From: the human T2T-CHM13v2.0 reference genome, Homo sapiens
Assembly: GCF_009914755.1 (NCBI RefSeq)
Contig: NC_060933.1
Length of the DNA stretch: 64,000 nucleotides
Strand: one strand, 5' to 3'
A program made the position numbers and the translations under genes. Below, in pieces: positions 57,401-64,000 of this stretch. Under the pieces are notes generated by a model that was not told the DNA's origin, made no database searches, and saw only the letters and a program-made list of their open reading frames with translations. Every line of letters begins with the position of its first letter. Positions within the stretch are counted from its first letter, which is position 1.

Positions 57401-60400
57401 CAATCGAATGGAATGGAATGGAATTAACCCGAACAGAATGGAATGGAATGGAATGGAACGGAACGGAATGGAATGGAATGGAATGGAATGGAATGGAATG
57501 GAATGGAACGGAACGGAACGGAAAGGAGCGGAATGGAATGGAATGGAATGGAATGGAATGGAATGGAATCAACGCGAGTGCAGGGAAATGGAATGGAATG
57601 GAATGCAATGGAATGGAATCTTCCGGAATGGAATGGAATGGAATGGAATGGAATGAAATGCAATGGATTCAACTCGATTGCAATGGAATGGAATAGAATG
57701 GAATGGAATGGAATGGAATTAACCCGAATAGAATGGAATGGAATGGAATGGAACGGAATGGAACGGAATGGAATGGAATGGAATGGAATGCAATGGAATG
57801 GTATGGAATAGAATGGAATGGTACGGAATAGAATGGAATGGAACGAATTGTAATGGAATGGGATTGAATGGAATGGAATGGAATGGAATGGAATCAACGC
57901 GAGTGCATTGGAATGTAATGGAACGGAATGCAATGGAATGGAATCATCCGGAATGGAATGGAATGGAATGGAATGGAATGGAATCAACCTGAGTGCAATG
58001 GAATGGAGTGGAATGGAATGGAAAGGAATGGAACAACCCGAATGGAATGGAATGTAATGGAGAGTAAGGGAGTTGAATAGAATCAATCCGAATGTAATGG
58101 AATGGAATGCAACGGAATGGAATGGAATGGAATGGAATGGAATGCAATGGAATGGAATCAACCTGAGTACAATGGAATGCAATGGAATGGAATGGAATGG
58201 AATGGAATGGAATGGAATGGAATGGAATGCCTTCAAACCGAATGGAATGGAAAGGAGTGGAATCAACACGAGTGTAATGGAATGGAATGGAATGGAATGG
58301 AATGGAATGGAATGATACGGAATAGAATGGAATGGAACGAACTGGAATGGAATGGAATGGAATGGAATAGAATGGAATGGAATGGAATGGAATCGTTCCG
58401 AGTGGAATAGGAGGGAATGTATTCGAGTGGAAAGGAAAGGAATGGAATCAACCAGAGTGGAATGGAAGGGAATGGAATGGAATGGAAACTAATAGAATGG
58501 AATCAACCCGAGTGGAATGGAATGGAAAGGACTGGAATGGAATGGAATGGAATGGAATCAACTCGATTGTAATGGAATGGAATGGAATGCAATGGAATGC
58601 AATGGAATGGAATCAACACGAGTGCAGGGGAATGGAATGGAATCGAATGGAATGGAATGGAATGGAATGGAATCAACCCGAGTGTAGGGGAATGTAATGG
58701 AACGGAATGCAATGGAATGGAATCATCCGGAATGGAATGGAATGGAATGGAATGGAATCAACCCGAGTGCAATGGAATGGAGTGGAGTGGAATGGAATGG
58801 AATGGAACAACCCGAATGGAATGGAATGTAATGGAGAGTAAGGGAGTTGAAAAGAATCAATCCGAATGTAATGGAATGGAATGGAACGGAATGGAATTAA
58901 ATGGAATGGAATGGAATGGAATGGAATGGAATCAACCCGAGTGCATTGGAATGGAGTGGAATGGAATGGAATGGAATGGAATGGAACAACCCGAATGGAA
59001 TGGAATGTAATGGAGAGTAAGGGAGTTGAATAGAATCAATCCGAATGTAATGGAATGGAACGGAATGGAATGGAATGGAATGGAATGGAATGGAATGGAA
59101 TGGAATGGAATGCAATGGAATGGAATCAACCCGAGTACAATGGAACGGAATGGAATGGAATGGAATGGAATGCAATGGAATGGAATGGAATGGAATGGAA
59201 TCAACTCGAGTGCAATGGAATGGAGAGGAATGGAATGGAATGGATTGGAAACTACCCGAATGGAATGGAATGTAATGGAGTGTAAGGGAATTGAATATAA
59301 TCAATCCGAATGGAATGGAATGGAACAGAATGTAATGTAATGGAATGGAATGGAATCAACCCGAGTGCAGGGGAATGGAATGGAATGGAATGCAATGGAA
59401 TGGAATCATCCGGAATGGAATGGAATGGAATGCAATGGAATGGAATGGAATGGAATCAACCCGAGTGCATTGGAATGTAAAGGAATGGAATGGAATGGAA
59501 TGGAATGGAATGGAATGGAATGGAATCAACGCGAGTGCAGGGGAATGGAATGTAATGGAATGCAATGGAATGGAATCTTCCGGAATGGAATGGAATGGAA
59601 TGGAATAAACCCGAGTGCAATGGAATGGAGTGGAATGGAATGGAATGGAATGGAACAACCCGAATGGAATGGAATGGAATGGAGAGTAAGGCAGTTGAAT
59701 AGAATCAATCCGAATTTAATGGAATGGAAGGGAATGGAATGGAATGCAATGGAATGGAATCAACCCGAGTGCAATCGAATGGAATCGAATGGAATGGAAT
59801 GCAATGGAATGGATTCAACTTGAATGGAATGGAAAGAATGGAATCAACACGAGTGGAATGGGATGGATTGGAATGGAATGGAATGGAATCAACCCGATTA
59901 CAGTGGAATGGAATGGAATGGAATGCAATGGAATGCAATCATCCGTAATGGAATGGAAAGGAATGGAATGGAATGGAATGGAATGGAATGGAATGGAATG
60001 GAATCAACTCGATTGCAATCGAATGGAATGGAATGGAATTAACCCGAATAGAATGGAATGGAATGGAATGGAACGGAAAGGAATGGAATGGAATGGAATG
60101 GAATGGAATGGAATGGAACGGAAAGGAAGGGAATGGAATGGAATAGAATGGAATGGAATGGAATCAACGCGAGTGCAGGGGAATGGAATGGAATGGAATG
60201 CAATGGAATGGAATCTTCCGGAATGGAATGGAATGGAATGGAATGGAATGGAATGGAATGGAATGGAATCAACCCAAGTGCAATGGAATGGAGTGGAATG
60301 GAATGGAAAGGAATGGAACAACCCGCATGGAATGGAATGTAATGGAGAGTAAGGGAGTTGAATAGAATCAATCCGAATGTAATGGAATGGAATGGAACGG

Positions 60401-63400
60401 AATGGAATTGAATGAAATGGAATGGAATGCAATGGAATGGAATCAACCCGAGTGCAATGGAATGGAGAGGAATGGAATGGAATGGAATGGAAACTACGCG
60501 AATGGAATGGAATGTAATGGAGTGTAAGGGAATTGAATAGAATCAATCCGAATGTAATGGAATGGAATGGAACGGAATGGAATGGAATGGAATGGAATGG
60601 AATGGAATGCAATGGAATGGAATGAACCCGAGTGCAATCGAATGGAATCGAATGGAATGGAATGCAATGGAATGGATTCAACTTGAATGGAATGGAAAGA
60701 ATGGAATCAACACGAGTGGAATGGCATGGATTGGAATGGAATGGAATGGAATCAAACCGAGTACAGGGGAATGGAATGGAATGGAATGCAATGGAATGGA
60801 ATCATCCGTAATGGAATGGAAAGGAATGGAATGGAATGGAATGGAATGGAATGGAATGGAATCAACTCGATTGCAATCGAATGGAATGGAATGGAATTAA
60901 CCCGAATAGAATGGAATGCAATGGAATGGAACGGAACGGAATGGAATGGAATGGAATGGAACGGAACGGAACGGAACGGAATGGAATGGAATGGAATGGA
61001 ATGGAATGGAATGGAATCAAGGCGACTGCAGGGGAATGGAATGGAATGGAATGGAATGGAATCAACCCGAGTGCAGGGGAATGGAATGGAATGGAATGCA
61101 ATGGAATGGAATCTTCCGGAATGGAATGGAATGGAATGGAATGGAATCAACCCGAGTGAAATGGAATGGAGTGGAATGGAATGGAATGGAATGGAACAAC
61201 CCGAATGGAATGGAATGTAATGGAGAGTAAGGGAGTTGAAAAGAATCAATCCGAATGTAATGTAATGGAATGGAACGGAATGGAATGGAATGGAATGGAA
61301 TGGAATGGAATGGAATGGAATGCAATGGAATGGAATCAACCCGAGTGCAATCGAATGGAATCGAATGGAATGGAATGCAATGGAATGGATTCAACTTGAA
61401 TGGAATGGAAAGAATGGAATCAACACGAGTGGAATGGCATGGATTGGAATGGAATGGATTGGAATCAACCCGAGTAAAGGGGAATGGAATGGAATGGAAT
61501 GCAATGGAATGGAATCATCCTTAATGGAATGGAAAGGAATGGAATGGAATGGAATGGAATGGAATGGAATGGAATGGAATCAACTCGATTACAATCTAAT
61601 GGAATGGAATGGAATTAACCCGAATAGAATGGAATGGAATTTAATGGAACGGAACGGAATGGAATGGAATGGAATGGAATGGAACGGAAAGGAACGGAAC
61701 GGAACGGAATGGAATGGAATGGAATGGAATGGAATGGAATCAACGCGAGTGCAGGAGAATGGAATGGAATGGAATGCAATGGAATGGAAACTTCCGGAAT
61801 GGAATGTCATGGAATGGAATGGAATGAAATGCAATGGATTCAACTCGATTGCAATGGAATGGAATAGAATGGAATGGAATGGAATGGAATGGAATGGAAT
61901 GGAATTAACCCGAATAGAATTGAATGGAATGGAATGGAAAGGAATGGAACGGAATGGAATGGAATGGAATGGAATGGAATGGAATGGTATGGAATGGAAT
62001 GGAATGGTACGGAATAGAATCGAATGGAATGAATTGTAATGGAATGGAATTGAACGGAATGGAATGGAATGGAATAGAATCAACGCGAGTGCAGGGGAAT
62101 GTAATGGAACGGAATGCAATGGAATGGAATCATCCGTAAAGGAATGGAAAGGAATGGAATGGAATGGAATGGAATGGAAAGGAATCAACTCGATTGCAAT
62201 CGAATGGAATGGAATGGAATTAACCCGAATAGAATGGAATGGAATGGAATGGAATGGAACGGAACGGAATGGAATGGATTGGAATGGAATGGAATGGAAT
62301 GGAATGGAATGGAATGGAATGGAACGGAAAGGAATGGAATGGAATGGAATGCAATGGAATGGAATCTTCCGGAATGGAATGGAATGGAATGCAATGGAAT
62401 GGAATGGAATGGAATGAACCCGAGTGCAATGGAATGGAGTGGAATGGAATGGAATGGAATGGAACAACCCGAATGGAATGGAATGTAATGGAGAGTAAGG
62501 GAGTTGAATAGAATCAATCCGAATGTAATGGAATGGAATGGAAGGGAATGGAATAAAATGGAATGGAATGGAATGGAATGCAATGGAATGGAATCAACCC
62601 GAGTGCAAACGAATGGAATCGAATGGAATGGAATGCAATGGAATGGACTCAACTTGAATGGAATGGAAAGAATGGAATCAACACGAGTGGAATGGCATGG
62701 ATTAGAATAGAATGGAATGGAATCAATCCGAGTACATGGGAATGGAATGGAATGGAATGCAATGGAATGGAATCATCCGTAATGGAATGGAAAGGAATGG
62801 AATGGAATGGAATGGAATGGAATGGAATGGAATGGAATCAACTCGATTGCAATCCAATGGAATGGAATGGAATTAACCCGAATAGAATGGAATGGAATGG
62901 AATGGAACGGAACGGAATGGAATGGAATGGAATTGAATTGAATGGAATGGAATGGAACGGAACGGAATGGAATGAAATGGAATGGAATGGAATGGAATCA
63001 ACGCGAGTGCAGGGGAATGGAATGGAATGGAATGCAATGGAATGGAATCATCCGGAATGGAATGGAATGGAATGGAATGGAATGGAATGGAATCAACCCG
63101 AGTGCAATGGAATGGAGTGGAATGGAATGGAATGGAATGGAACAACCCGAATGGAATGGAATGTAATGGAGAGTAAGGGAGATGAATAGAATCAATCCGA
63201 ATGTAATGGAATGGAATGCAACGGAATGGAATGGAACGGAATGGAATGGAACGGAATGGAATGGAATGGAATGGAATGGAATGGAATGGAATGGAATGGA
63301 ATGGAATGCAATGGAATGGAATCAACCCGAGTACAATGGAATGGAATGGAATGGAATGGAACGGAATGGAATGGAATGGAATGCAATGGAATGGAATCTT

Positions 63401-64000
63401 CCGGAACGGAATGGAATGGAATGGAATGGAATGGAATGGAATGCAATGGATTCAACTCGATTGCAATGGAATGGAATAGAATGGAATGGAATGGAATGGA
63501 ATGGAATTAAACGGAATAGAATGGAATGGAATGGAATGGAACGGAACGGAACGGAATGGAACGGAGTGGAATGGAATGGAATGGAATTGTATGGAATGGA
63601 ATGGAATGGTACGGAATAGAATGGAATGGAAAGAATTGGAATGGAATGGAATCGAATGGAATGGAATGGAATGGAATGGAATGGAATGGAATCAACCCGA
63701 GTGCAATGGAATGGAGTGGAATGGAATGGAATGGAATGGAACAACCCGAATGGAATGGAATGTAATGGAGAGTAAGGGAGTTGAATAGAATCAATCCGAA
63801 TGTAATGGAATGGAACGGAATGGAATGGAATGGAATGGAATGGAATGGAATGGAATGCAATGGAATGGAATCAACCCGAGTACAATGGAACGGAATGTAA
63901 TGTAATGTAATGTAATGGAATGGAATGGAATGGAATGGAAGGGAATCAACCCGAGTGCAATGGAATGGAGAGGAATGGAATGGAATGGAATGGAAACTAC

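Larger units (their letters stand above)
1..64000 (+). repeat. Human satellite 3 (HSat3/SatIII) pericentromeric array, (GGAAT)n with interspersed CAACCCGA(G/A)T-family decamers; runs off both window edges
   Basis: GGAAT pentamer dominates every line. CAACCCGAGT/CAACCCGAAT (reverse complement A(C/T)TCGGGTTG, the classical satellite-3 signature) recurs every ~50-200 bp. Pentamers are well preserved, unlike the more diverged HSat2 consensus. The purine-rich strand is on + throughout. Confidence 0.97.

Noticed and set aside
1-64000. CRISPR-like repeat/spacer pattern (constant decamers separated by variable stretches)
   Set aside because: The intervening stretches are GGAAT runs, not unique spacers. 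There is no constant 23-47-bp repeat with regular spacing, no leader and no cas genes.
1-64000. HSat2, alpha satellite or telomeric repeat
   Set aside because: Long perfect GGAAT runs with CAACCCGAGT define HSat3. There is no HSat2-type GAATCATCGAATGG backbone, no 171-bp alphoid monomer or CENP-B box, and no TTAGGG tracts (TAAGGG occurs only singly).
1-64000. Transposon insertion, inversion or unique-sequence island
   Set aside because: I saw no poly-A, Alu/L1 sequence, target-site duplication or strand switch to (ATTCC)n. Non-pentamer stretches are short and recurrent.

Overview
The whole 64-kb window is one uninterrupted primate (most likely human) classical satellite 3 array (HSat3 / SatIII). 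It consists of (GGAAT)n on the + strand, interspersed with the diagnostic CAACCCGA(G/A)T decamer and a small set of related variant words. I see no inversion, transposon insertion, RNA gene or credible protein-coding gene; every listed ORF (poly-MEWNG / poly-IPFHS) is a by-product of a stop-free pentamer. The informative structure lies inside the satellite: (i) about 50-55 perfect three-unit heat-shock elements (gGAAt cTTCc gGAAt) at a fixed slot in a recurring module; (ii) a stereotyped order of variant words, including three paralogous ~175-bp subunits; (iii) about 107 shifts of the pentamer register, all in the same direction; (iv) nested recent duplications (40 bp, 90 bp, ~0.67, ~1.75, ~1.98, ~2.19 and ~2.8 kb) plus dispersed mosaic copies, often 14-15 kb apart; (v) a small island of distinct vocabulary at ~43-45 kb. 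Assignment to the chr9q12 (nuclear stress body) type of array is plausible but unverified. Counts were made by eye and are approximate.
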